Below, piece after piece: positions 1-8,660 of a stretch of DNA of 64,000 bases. The position numbers were made by a program, and so were the translations under genes. The notes beneath the pieces are model-generated. The model saw only the letters and a program-made list of their open reading frames with translations. It made no database searches and was not told the origin of the DNA. The stretch is from Schmidtea polychroa (taxonomy: Eukaryota). Position 1 is the stretch's first letter, and every line of letters starts with the position of its first letter. The DNA lies in NCBI GenBank assembly GCA_044892525.1, contig CM097885.1, positions 222,828,001 through 222,892,000 on the forward strand. The letters run 5' to 3'.

Positions 1-133
1 CTTTCAGACTCGACAATTCATCATTCATTAATATTTTAATTTTTAAATTTAAATAATCTGCATAATCTTTTAAATCAAAATTTGTTTTTGCATTTATTCC
101 AAATGTTTTTAAAAAATCTAATATTGAAGCCAT
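1..133 (-). CDS. Polinton adenain-like cysteine protease, N-terminus (partial, runs off the window)
   Basis: Manual translation from the minus-strand ATG at 133 gives MASILDFLKTFGINAKTNFDLKDYADYLNLKIKILMNDELSSLK. This resembles the TNxDLxxY...L...MxDEL N-terminal motif of Polinton proteases. The catalytic His/Cys are outside the window. Confidence 0.55.
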   Translation of the reverse strand, partial: MASILDFLKTFGINAKTNFDLKDYADYLNLKIKILMNDELSSLK

Positions 134-241
134 TTTGTATTTTATAACTTCGTATTTATAACTTCGTATACTTATTAAATTTATCTTTTGAAATTATTCC
201 TTGTTTTAACAAATCTTTAGAAATCTTTAAAATATCAGAAT

Positions 242-994
242 CTAAATTATTATGTCCTGCTTTTTAGCTGCTAATAGTTTTCTTAATTCAATAAAAAGAT
301 TTATAGGGTTGAGGCCTTCTCCTTCAATGATTTGAATTTGAAGGCCTGTTTTATCTCTATCTTTATATTTCTTTAAATCTTGAATATGTTTTGCTTTAGG
401 GCTACCATTTATTAATTTTATTAAGTTTAAATATTTATCAATTTCTTCATTCTTGACACCATCTGGAATATATCCAGAAATTAATCCATGAAAATCATCT
501 GAAAGTTCAATGTCAACACGCTCTCTATTCATAAAAGTATTTGTTGAAATAATCGATGGATTATTTTCTGAATTTAAATATATATAAAATTTTTGATTAT
601 TAATTGTTATTGTTTGAAAACCTCTAGGATCATAACCTATAGTAGGTATAATTGATGGACCTAGTGATGTATTAATTTTAAAATAAATTGGAGTCTTATG
701 AGGTGTTAATCTTGAAAGAAATTCATCTTCTTCTAAATCAATATTATTTCTACGTTTTTTTCCTACTAATCTTAGTAATTCCTTTTTAGGGGCTTCTATA
801 GCTTTATGTTCGGGGGTTAGAGGAGCTTCTATAGTTTTAAGTCCCTCTATAGCTTTAATTGTTGGTCCTTGTTGTTGTTGGATTACCTCATTTAATATTA
901 TAGATTCAGTTTGTTGAGTTGTATCTTTTTTATTATACTTGTTTTGTTCTGATTGTAATTTTTTTAAAAGTGCTAATCTTTCTTCATATACCAT
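242..994 (-). CDS. Polinton uncharacterised conserved-type protein (250 aa)
   Basis: Intact ORF inside the Polinton. It has IEAP repeats and a C-terminal GEGLNPINLFIELRKLLAAK segment like the GxGL...P..L...L.LL.A motif of Polinton accessory proteins. Confidence 0.65.
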   Translation of the reverse strand: MVYEERLALLKKLQSEQNKYNKKDTTQQTESIILNEVIQQQQGPTIKAIEGLKTIEAPLTPEHKAIEAPKKELLRLVGKKRRNNIDLEEDEFLSRLTPHKTPIYFKINTSLGPSIIPTIGYDPRGFQTITINNQKFYIYLNSENNPSIISTNTFMNRERVDIELSDDFHGLISGYIPDGVKNEEIDKYLNLIKLINGSPKAKHIQDLKKYKDRDKTGLQIQIIEGEGLNPINLFIELRKLLAAKKQDIII

Positions 995-1016
995 TTTAAT
1001 GGTATTAAAAATGGTA

Positions 1017-1535
1017 TCATTGTTCCTTCCAAGGTTTTAAATACAATCCTTTACCACTATTCTGTGGAGTTCCTCCAATTTTACAAATACACCCATTCTT
1101 TAAAGATTTACATATTTTTTTAAAATCATCTTTATCTTTTGATGATAAAGATTCAGATGTTGAAATTTGAATTTTTAAAAAATCATTTAAACCTCTGCCC
1201 TGATATGGATTAAGATAGAGACCTTTTCCTTTAGCTTGCCCTACCTTCATTTTCTCGATTTCAGTTTGTAGTTTTTCTTTTTCAAGGTCTGTCTTTTGAG
1301 ATTCTTTAGCTTTTTGAACTGTAGTTGCAATTCCTCCAGCTATTCCAGCAGCACCTGATAAACCAGCAATGATTGCAGGTATTAAAGCAGCTAATGGAAG
1401 AATGCCACCTTCATGTATTTTCTTTTTAACTTGTTCTTTTACATTTTTTCCAATAAAATATTTTTTACCATCAATTACTACTGATTTATTTTTATTTGAA
1501 TTTATTAATTCTTGCAAAGATTCTTCAGTTGTCAT
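1017..1535 (-). CDS. Adenovirus pX/core-like Polinton protein (172 aa)
   Basis: GGILPLAALIPAIIAGLSGAAGIAGGIATTV resembles adenoviral pX (GGFLPALIPIIAAAIGAIPGIA). There are two GKGLYLxP motifs and one GRGL. Confidence 0.7.
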   Translation of the reverse strand: MTTEESLQELINSNKNKSVVIDGKKYFIGKNVKEQVKKKIHEGGILPLAALIPAIIAGLSGAAGIAGGIATTVQKAKESQKTDLEKEKLQTEIEKMKVGQAKGKGLYLNPYQGRGLNDFLKIQISTSESLSSKDKDDFKKICKSLKNGCICKIGGTPQNSGKGLYLKPWKEQ

Positions 1536-1550
1536 TTTATAATAAATAAA

Positions 1551-2335
1551 ATGGATATTTGGAAACCAATTTTAAATAGACATAAGAGTAAATTTAATAA
1601 TAATGTATTTCCTGATAATTTTAGATTATTAATTGTTGGTTCTTCTGGATGTGGAAAGAATGTACTTGTTTTGAAAATGTTACTTGAAGATGGTTTTTTA
1701 GATTATAATAATTTAATCTTTTACTCTACAACTATAAATCAACCAGAATTACAACTTTTGAAATGTGGATTTGAAAATAAATTAACTAAAAAAGCAATAA
1801 TTGATATTTTTAAAAATCAACATAGGTGTCCTGAAGAAGTTTTTCAACCTTGTGATATGGTTGATTGGTATAAGGAAAAGATTTTAGAATCAGATATTAG
1901 TAATAAAAATGATTATATTTGTGAAGATCAGGGGGGCAAGCAATTCAAGTTTTATTCTCTAATAAACCTGAAGATGTTTTACATTGTGATTTACTTCCTA
2001 AAGATAAAAAGAATCTAGTTATATTTGATGATGTTGTCAACATGAAAAATCAAGAGATTCAAAAGAGTTACTTTACAAGAGGAAGACATAATAATTGTAA
2101 TGTTATTTATATATCTCAAACTTATTATGCTTTAGATAAAAACTCTATAAGAAATAATTCCAATTGTTTTATATTTTTTAAATTAGATCGCCGTGATAAG
2201 AATATGATTTATAATGACTTATTTTCAAATGTTGAACCTGATAAGAATATGTTTGTTGATAATCATTGGAAAGAAAAATATAATTATATTTATTTGTATA
2301 GAGAAGAAGCTGAAATATGGAAAAGTTTGTTTTAG
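1551..2335 (+). pseudogene. A32/FtsK-HerA-like genome packaging ATPase, split by a 1-nt frameshift
   Basis: Walker A is GSSGCGKN. A frame change at the G6 run 1931-1936 restores QAIQVLFSNKPEDV...LVIFDD (Walker B) and FTRGRHNNCNVIYISQ (arginine-finger motif). The likely start is the ATG at 1551. Confidence 0.85.
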
Positions 2336-2346
2336 GGCTTGTCGAC

Positions 2347-3732
2347 TTAAAAATCTGTTTTCTGTAACTCATTATTATAAAATCTACCTAATATTTTTTC
2401 ATTATTTAAATCAATGATGCTATATGTTATTGGAGTTGTATAATGTATTTTATTTATAATAAAAATTTCATTTGTCCATTTTGCTGTGAATCCTTTTTCA
2501 AATTTATTTTTATATTTAAATATTCTTACTCGGTCACCACTTTTAAACTTTGGTTTTTCAATATTTACCACTTTAATGGTTTCAGGATTTGTGAGTTCCA
2601 AAGGATTCAAGGAAGCATTTAAAGGTGTTGATTTTATAGAACTATGTACATCATTATTATATTCATTTACAATCTTTTGTAACAATTCATTATTCCATTT
2701 TTGTTTTCCAATAGCAGTAAAATATTTCCACATTTTATTTTTTAATGTTCTATTTAATCTTTCAACCACAACTGCTTTTCCTTCGTTTTCTGTTGAATAT
2801 AATTTAATATCATTTTCATTTAAAAACTTTGTAAAAACTTTGTTATAAAATTCTGTTCCTTTATCACACCATAAATATTTTGGAATTCTTTGATATTCTT
2901 CAAATATATTTTCAAATGCTTCTGTAATAGAATATCCTGTTTTATTTTCTAAACCTCTTGCAAAAGCAAATCTTGTATATAAATCTATTACTGTTAAAAT
3001 TATTTTATATTTTTCAGGGTCTGATGATTTGGTTGGCATAAAGACTAAATCTGCAGACCATGTTTGATCTTTTTCATGTACTTGAACTTTTAAATATTTT
3101 TTATTTTTTCTAAATTCATGGTGTAATTCGTTGGCATATTTTATTTCTGATTCTGTTGGGGTTTGTAAACTAGTCTTGGCTGTACTCTCGAGGGATCTTT
3201 CAATCTCTGCTTGTTCGATAATCTTTTTATTAGCAACATCTTTTGCTTTCCTAGGAAGTCTTGCACCCATAAGAAGTCCTAAGCCTATGAAAATCTTACC
3301 TTTCATTGCTAATTTAACTAGAGCTCTTTGAATCTTTTCTTGGGTTGATGGATTTTGGATACTATTTAAATCATGTATTAAATTCACATCTGCAACATGT
3401 CTATCTCTAAGATCTTCTGAATTGTAAGCAATATCATGTTTTAAAGCTGCTTGATCAATTCTATTTATTGGTTCTTCTCCTTGTTTGGGATTATTATTTT
3501 CATCTAATCTAATATCTAATCTTGTTCCTGGCCCAGTATAATTGTGTTTAAATAAATGTCTTTCACCTGGATATTTTTCTGTAGTAAAAGGTTTTAATAT
3601 TGAAGATGTTGTTTTTGAAGATTGTAGATCACCTCCTATATGTTTTTTAGTTTTTAAATGACTTGCTTTATGGTGTTTTGTAACTTGACAATTACAAGTT
3701 TCGCATCTCCAATAGGGTTTATTTATAGACAT
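2347..3732 (-). CDS. C2H2 zinc finger + parvovirus-type phospholipase A2 + c-integrase fusion (461 aa)
   Basis: CETCNCQVTKHHKASHLKTKKH (C2H2). YTGPG...DQAALKHDIAY...RHVAD (PLA2 Ca loop and HD catalytic motif). WSADLVFM / LWCDKGTEF / VVERLNRTLK (DDE integrase), followed by the FKSGDRVRI C-terminal domain. One uninterrupted frame. Confidence 0.9.
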   Translation of the reverse strand: MSINKPYWRCETCNCQVTKHHKASHLKTKKHIGGDLQSSKTTSSILKPFTTEKYPGERHLFKHNYTGPGTRLDIRLDENNNPKQGEEPINRIDQAALKHDIAYNSEDLRDRHVADVNLIHDLNSIQNPSTQEKIQRALVKLAMKGKIFIGLGLLMGARLPRKAKDVANKKIIEQAEIERSLESTAKTSLQTPTESEIKYANELHHEFRKNKKYLKVQVHEKDQTWSADLVFMPTKSSDPEKYKIILTVIDLYTRFAFARGLENKTGYSITEAFENIFEEYQRIPKYLWCDKGTEFYNKVFTKFLNENDIKLYSTENEGKAVVVERLNRTLKNKMWKYFTAIGKQKWNNELLQKIVNEYNNDVHSSIKSTPLNASLNPLELTNPETIKVVNIEKPKFKSGDRVRIFKYKNKFEKGFTAKWTNEIFIINKIHYTTPITYSIIDLNNEKILGRFYNNELQKTDF

Positions 3733-3761
3733 TTTAAAATGTTAAAATATCAGGGATTATA

Positions 3762-5054
3762 TCAAGAATCTCCCCTAACATTTTCAATAATTGAAATCTT
3801 TCCACCATATAATTTCATTTCTATTTTCTTTTCTTCTAATATTAATGTATATACTTTAGCTTTAAAATTAGAATCCTTTGTTACATGAAGTGTAACATCA
3901 ACATTATTTATAGCTAGGCGATCATCTTGGTCTGAAACATTTATACAAAATATAGAATATAAATTTTTGAAATCTTCTAAACTTAATTGCGGTTCAACTT
4001 TGAAATCATAACATGTTTCAATATAATTTAGATATGGGAATATGTTTTCATTATTTTCAATATTAAATTCCATTCTATTTATTGGATAATAAGAACTATT
4101 TAATTGAATTTGTATTGTTTGTAAATTATCATCTCCAATCTTTTGAATAAATAGATTGTTATTTTTTTGGAAAGATGAATCTGTTTCTTTGAATCCAATC
4201 AAGATATATCTTGGTCGGTATGCTAAATTTGCTACCTTTATAGAATATGTTGAACCCTCTGTCATACTAAATTCACTACAGATTCTATTTAAATAATTTA
4301 CATTTATAGACTTGTTGGAATTTAATCTTTCAAGGAGTTTAATCTCAGAATGTGGGTTTAATGTCCATTCAGGTATATGTAATTCAAGTGTTGATAATTT
4401 TAATTTAGCTTTTGTATCTACAGCTCCATAGAACAATCTTTTATCACCTTCTACTCTATTACAGATGAATTCTATAAAAACATTATGAAGTATACGATTA
4501 TAGTTTTGAAGGAATCCAAACAAGTGTTTTAATTGAAAATAACCTTCAAATTTTTTAGATTTATAAAGTTCAGCTCTTTTATGGTAACCATGGTTTACAT
4601 CTAAACCATCTTTATCTAAATCCCCTTTATTAGTGTCAGGAATCCAACCTGTTAATTCACCATATTCATTTTTATAATCACAACCAGTCAAAATAAAATT
4701 TAACATTGTAGAATATACTCCTGGATGTAAAACAGTTTCAATTTCTGATGATCCTAGTTTTAATCTCATGTTGGAGAATAAATTTGGAAAGAAATTATTT
4801 TCTAGGGTTATATCTTTGTTTGCTTCAATTTCTAATTCAATTTTATAATATAATTTGGCATTACAAATATCTATTGGGTTTGATGTTTGAAGAGATTGAA
4901 AAACTATATCACCCGTACGATTTAAGTTTGCAATAGATCCTGAAGTTGGCGAGATTTTTAAAATATCATTTTTTTTAATTTCATGAGTAAATTCTTTATT
5001 ATAATCAAGATTTAATTTATTTTTTTCTTGAATTTTGAGATTTATATTATTCAT
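3762..5054 (-). CDS. Polinton major capsid protein (double jelly-roll, hexon-like; 430 aa)
   Basis: Motifs LKHLFGFLQNY, RPRYILIGF, IQLNSSYYP and YSIFCINVS...Q are typical of Polinton MCPs. Size and position next to the integrase and ATPase fit. The frame is intact. Confidence 0.85.
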   Translation of the reverse strand: MNNINLKIQEKNKLNLDYNKEFTHEIKKNDILKISPTSGSIANLNRTGDIVFQSLQTSNPIDICNAKLYYKIELEIEANKDITLENNFFPNLFSNMRLKLGSSEIETVLHPGVYSTMLNFILTGCDYKNEYGELTGWIPDTNKGDLDKDGLDVNHGYHKRAELYKSKKFEGYFQLKHLFGFLQNYNRILHNVFIEFICNRVEGDKRLFYGAVDTKAKLKLSTLELHIPEWTLNPHSEIKLLERLNSNKSINVNYLNRICSEFSMTEGSTYSIKVANLAYRPRYILIGFKETDSSFQKNNNLFIQKIGDDNLQTIQIQLNSSYYPINRMEFNIENNENIFPYLNYIETCYDFKVEPQLSLEDFKNLYSIFCINVSDQDDRLAINNVDVTLHVTKDSNFKAKVYTLILEEKKIEMKLYGGKISIIENVRGDS

Positions 5055-5101
5055 TTTTATATATTAAAATTAATATATCCAATAAAAAAAATATTTATAA
5101 A

Positions 5102-5371
5102 ATGACTGACTTAATTGAAAGAATGAAAAATGAATTGAATGAAGTTAAACATAAGAGAATGAAAAGAAGAGAAGAAGAACCATTAGAATATATCAAAGAG
5201 TTGATGGTAGAGAATGAAAAGTATCGACATTTTTACATGAAAGCTGTAGAAGTTGCTGAGAAAAGGTTAAAGAAAATGAAACAATTACGGGAAAGAGTTA
5301 AAGAACTTGAATCGATTATTTATAGTTGTAAAAATGACAAAAATTTGAAACCTGATAGCGCAGTGGGCTAG
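5102..5371 (+). CDS. Small coiled-coil protein of the Polinton (89 aa)
   Basis: Charged heptad-rich ORF, divergent from MCP. It shares the TAAAATG start context with the other Polinton ORFs. Confidence 0.5.
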   Translation: MTDLIERMKNELNEVKHKRMKRREEEPLEYIKELMVENEKYRHFYMKAVEVAEKRLKKMKQLRERVKELESIIYSCKNDKNLKPDSAVG

Positions 5372-6039
5372 ACTGACATAGTGGTTCAAATGGATAGTGG
5401 TTCAAATCATATCTGAGGTTAGTTTTTTTTCAACATAAAATAATATTAAAAATTTGAAAATAATATTGAAAATGGTGTGGGTATCTTAGATTTATATTTC
5501 ATTTTATTTATTTTTATTTTATTTTATATATTTTATTAATTAATTAATTTTTTAAACATAAATATGAAAAAAAAAATATTGAAACGGGTGTGGTGGCGAA
5601 CCGGTAATTATCGTCACCAGTCTTTCGAACACCCCCGGATCGATCCCATAATGTGCACAATTTTTTCTCAGTTGTTTTCGGACCTCTTTTGGATTCGCTT
5701 TCGAATTCATTTGTACTTTCGAGCAGCACACTTAAAACGCCGATGAAATCGTATTCGAGCGAGAAGCGAATAATAAGGTGTGCTGCTATTATCGGATTGA
5801 TTCTGATGTATGAGTCTGGCCAGCTTGTATATTGGAAGAGATTCGTTAAACGAAAGAGGTTGAATAAAAAAATGATCCGGATCAAAAAAACTGTTGAGAG
5901 GACAGTGAAAAAAAAAATACCACTGTCCTCTCAGAGCAGTTTTACTATTTCATAAAATTTTTTATTCTTCAAGACATCAAGATTAAGATTTATAAAATTA
6001 TAAATTAGTCAAATAGCAACTTGCTAGTTGACATCCTCA

Positions 6040-6293
6040 AGTAGTGTGTTTATATCCCTAACCAAAATAGTCCTCTAACTTTTTCATAATACCATTTTCT
6101 TTTCTATTCTCTTTATGTTTATGAGACTTTAAAGATTAAAACAGTTAGAGCCATTAAGGGTGGTTGTTTTCAAAATATAGGGTTAAAATACTATAAAAGT
6201 ATAAGTTTTAGGTTGTTTTTCTAATGGTTTAAGCGTAATGGAGGCATGTTTTGTTTGGAGGGCTGTTTTGGTTAGGGATATAAACATACTACT
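6040..6293. mobile_element. 254-bp non-autonomous unit with Polinton-type termini
   Basis: Starts AGTAGT and ends ACTACT. The 36-bp terminal inverted repeats match at 33/36 (agtagtgtgtttatatccctaaccaaaatagtcctc). No TSD is visible. Confidence 0.6.
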
Positions 6294-7236
6294 AATAATG
6301 CGACAAAAATTTTATGCCAGAGTACAAAATCCAAATGAATCGATAAGTGAATTCGCATACCATTTAACGACTTTAGCAGACAAAGCCTTCGAAGCAAAGC
6401 CTGAACAAGTTGAGATGGTAAAACAAGTCAGAGAACTGCTTCAAGATCAATTTATAAATGGAGCCCTTCCTGAAATAAAAAAGGCACTATGCTACGTGGA
6501 TTTCTCGAATTTTGATGAACTTGTGAAAAAAGACATGAAAATTGAATTGAACTTAAAATGTACCAGAAAATCCGAAGTATTTGCTGCAAATGCCGATAAA
6601 AGAGAAAGGTCGATAACTCCAGTTCGAGAACAATGGGTTTCAAAGAAACCAACTCAAACAATCAGTTAGCCGAGACCAAGTAATAAAGTCAAAATTAATA
6701 AAGCAGCGTTTGGGAGTCAGGTGACCGGGAGATCTAACAGCATAATATGCGATCACTGCAAGAAAGTGGGACACTATCAAAACCAATGCTGGTTTAAATA
6801 TGGAAGAGACCCCAGCCCCAGAAGAAAGTTTGTAGAGAGTAAGTCAATTAGCCATGACTTGAAATGCTATAGATATGGGAAAATGGGCCACATAAGCAGA
6901 AATTGTTTTTCAGGTACCCCATCACCACCAAGATCTCCGTCGCCACAACGAGATAAAGTGAACACCAATGGACAAATTCAATGTCATTCATGCAAAGGTT
7001 ATGGCCACATGGCTCGATCATGCCCTAGGAATTCAGAAAGATTCAGCAGACCAATATTGAAGAAATCTATTAGATTTCAAGGTGAATCAGCAAATACTAA
7101 TGTTGCATATGCTCAAAAGGAGGAGTTTAAAGAGAAAATGGAAAATGAATTTTGGGAGATGAGACAGAAATTAAACAAGCTTATGTCAAAGTTTGAATCG
7201 GATGAGGAAGCAGATGGTGTACGAAAAAGAGACTGA
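6294..7236 (+). pseudogene. Gag (retrotransposon capsid + three zinc knuckles), N-terminally truncated and interrupted
   Basis: RVQNPNESISEFAYHLTTLA...LQDQFING. Knuckles are CDHCKKVGHYQNQC, CYRYGKMGHISRNC (second Cys lost) and CHSCKGYGHMARSC. A stop lies at 6667-6669. Confidence 0.85.
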
Positions 7237-8604
7237 TATGGGCGGAAATCTTAGTGATAAAGCAAAAAATGATCTATCAAATGGAAAAGCTGTTCTGTCG
7301 ATAAATAAAATAGAAAGATGGTATACCGGAATGGAAACAGACCTTCCGAGATTGAAAGAGTGGATTACCGAACTAACTCAAATCCAACAGCCAAAGAAAA
7401 TTGAAAATTATCTTAAATATGTGTGTTAAAGTTTACAATAAATACCAATACGATGAAATTGCAAAACTAATAAAGACATTGGGAAAAGCACTGAGATCCA
7501 CAGAGAGTTTGACCGACATATTCGTAGACACTATAGACGGAAATGGCAGAAAATTTCAATTTTCGATTAAACCTAATGGGCAAATAAAGGACTTGAGGGA
7601 GCTTATTATGTCAAAATATAAAGCAAATGAAGTGCAAATAAATTTCAAAAAACGGTCAATGGGTCAATTGGCGGATGGAGAATATTTGGTCGATTGTGGG
7701 TTGATATAAAAATGAGGTAAAGATATTAAATGTAATTAATCATTCAAATTCAGATTTTAAAGGATGAGATGGAAAATTACAGGATTTACGGGATAGCCTG
7801 TATATTGGAGATGAAGACGAAATTAGTAAATGTCTGGAACGGATGATAAGTTCGGAGATGGATCAAAAAGCGAAAGAACAATTATTCGAAAGTATTTTAC
7901 CGTATATTCATAAAACAACGAACTATCAGGCGAAATTGAAAGAAATAATACGAAAAATGGGCCGCGAGCACCAGGAGTCAGATGATATACCAAGATCATT
8001 AGTAATAGCCTTAAATATGAATGGAAAGGTGGAGTATTTACAAGAACACTGGAGCATGAAGGTGTCGAAAGTACGACGGAAAGCGGTGGAAATGTTGGGC
8101 AATGATGGAATTATTATACTAACTTTCAAGGGAGTTGAGTTAGACGACGATGAATATTTAATCAATTGTGGATACAGTCCGAATTATACAAATAATATCG
8201 AAGCCAAGAAACAGGTGAGTGAGGTATCCGAGAGTATAATAACCCGCTGGCCGAGAATTACAAAAGATACAAAGGATGCCGACATAGAAATTAAAACTGA
8301 ATTGGCTGAGGAACCTAACGACTACGAGTTAGAAAAGTATGACCCAAGAGATGAAGGTATAAATGACGAGCAAAACGAAAATAAGATTGAGGAGGTAGAC
8401 GAAAATGATGCAGTAAATCAGGAAACTAACAATATAACTGACGAGCTACCAGTGAATATAATTCAAATAAACAAAAACAGAGTTGAAGCTGTGGTGGATT
8501 CTGAATCAAGTCATATAATTATATCAGAAGAAATACTGTCGGTGGAAGAGAAAAAACGAATCCAAAACGAATCCATATTAATCAGATGGTCAATTGCTCT
8601 CTAA
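7193..8604 (+). pseudogene. Gag-Pol linker with two ubiquitin-like domains and a degenerate aspartic protease start
   Basis: Ubl1 spans about 7515-7740 (DIFVDTIDGNGRKFQFSIKPNGQIKDLRELI...QLADGEYLVDCGL/KNEVKILNV). Ubl2 spans about 7996-8200 (SLVIALNMNGKV...KVSKVRRK...LTFKGVELDDDEYLINCG). The protease motif is VEAVVDSESSHIIIS (DSE for DSG, 8497). Frameshifts and stops are present. Confidence 0.7.
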
Positions 8605-8660
8605 GAGTATGATTTCGAAATTAAATATAGAGCAGGAAAACGAATGCAAATGCCGATGCA

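Larger units (their letters stand above)
1..5400. mobile_element. Polinton/Maverick (adintovirus-like) endogenous virus segment; continues left of the window, right end not clearly present
   Basis: Tightly packed intronless ORFs: protease N-terminus, pX-like core protein, A32/FtsK-like ATPase, retroviral-like integrase and double-jelly-roll-type capsid. This gene set defines Polintons. No pPolB or minor capsid gene is in the window. Confidence 0.9.

Noticed and set aside
144-170. loxP site or vector contamination
   Set aside because: Only direct-repeat arms are present, with no inverted arm or 8-bp spacer. The flanks are continuous Polinton sequence.
2486-3331. Plus-strand ORFs 2486-2848 and 3131-3331, and similar ORFs opposite MCP, INT, PYG and the 250-aa gene
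   Set aside because: They are antisense shadows of well-supported genes and have no motifs of their own.
5544-5955. Overlapping ORFs 5544-5885, 5564-5746 and 5653-5955
   Set aside because: No recognisable domain, and three conflicting frames. More likely LTR or leader sequence.
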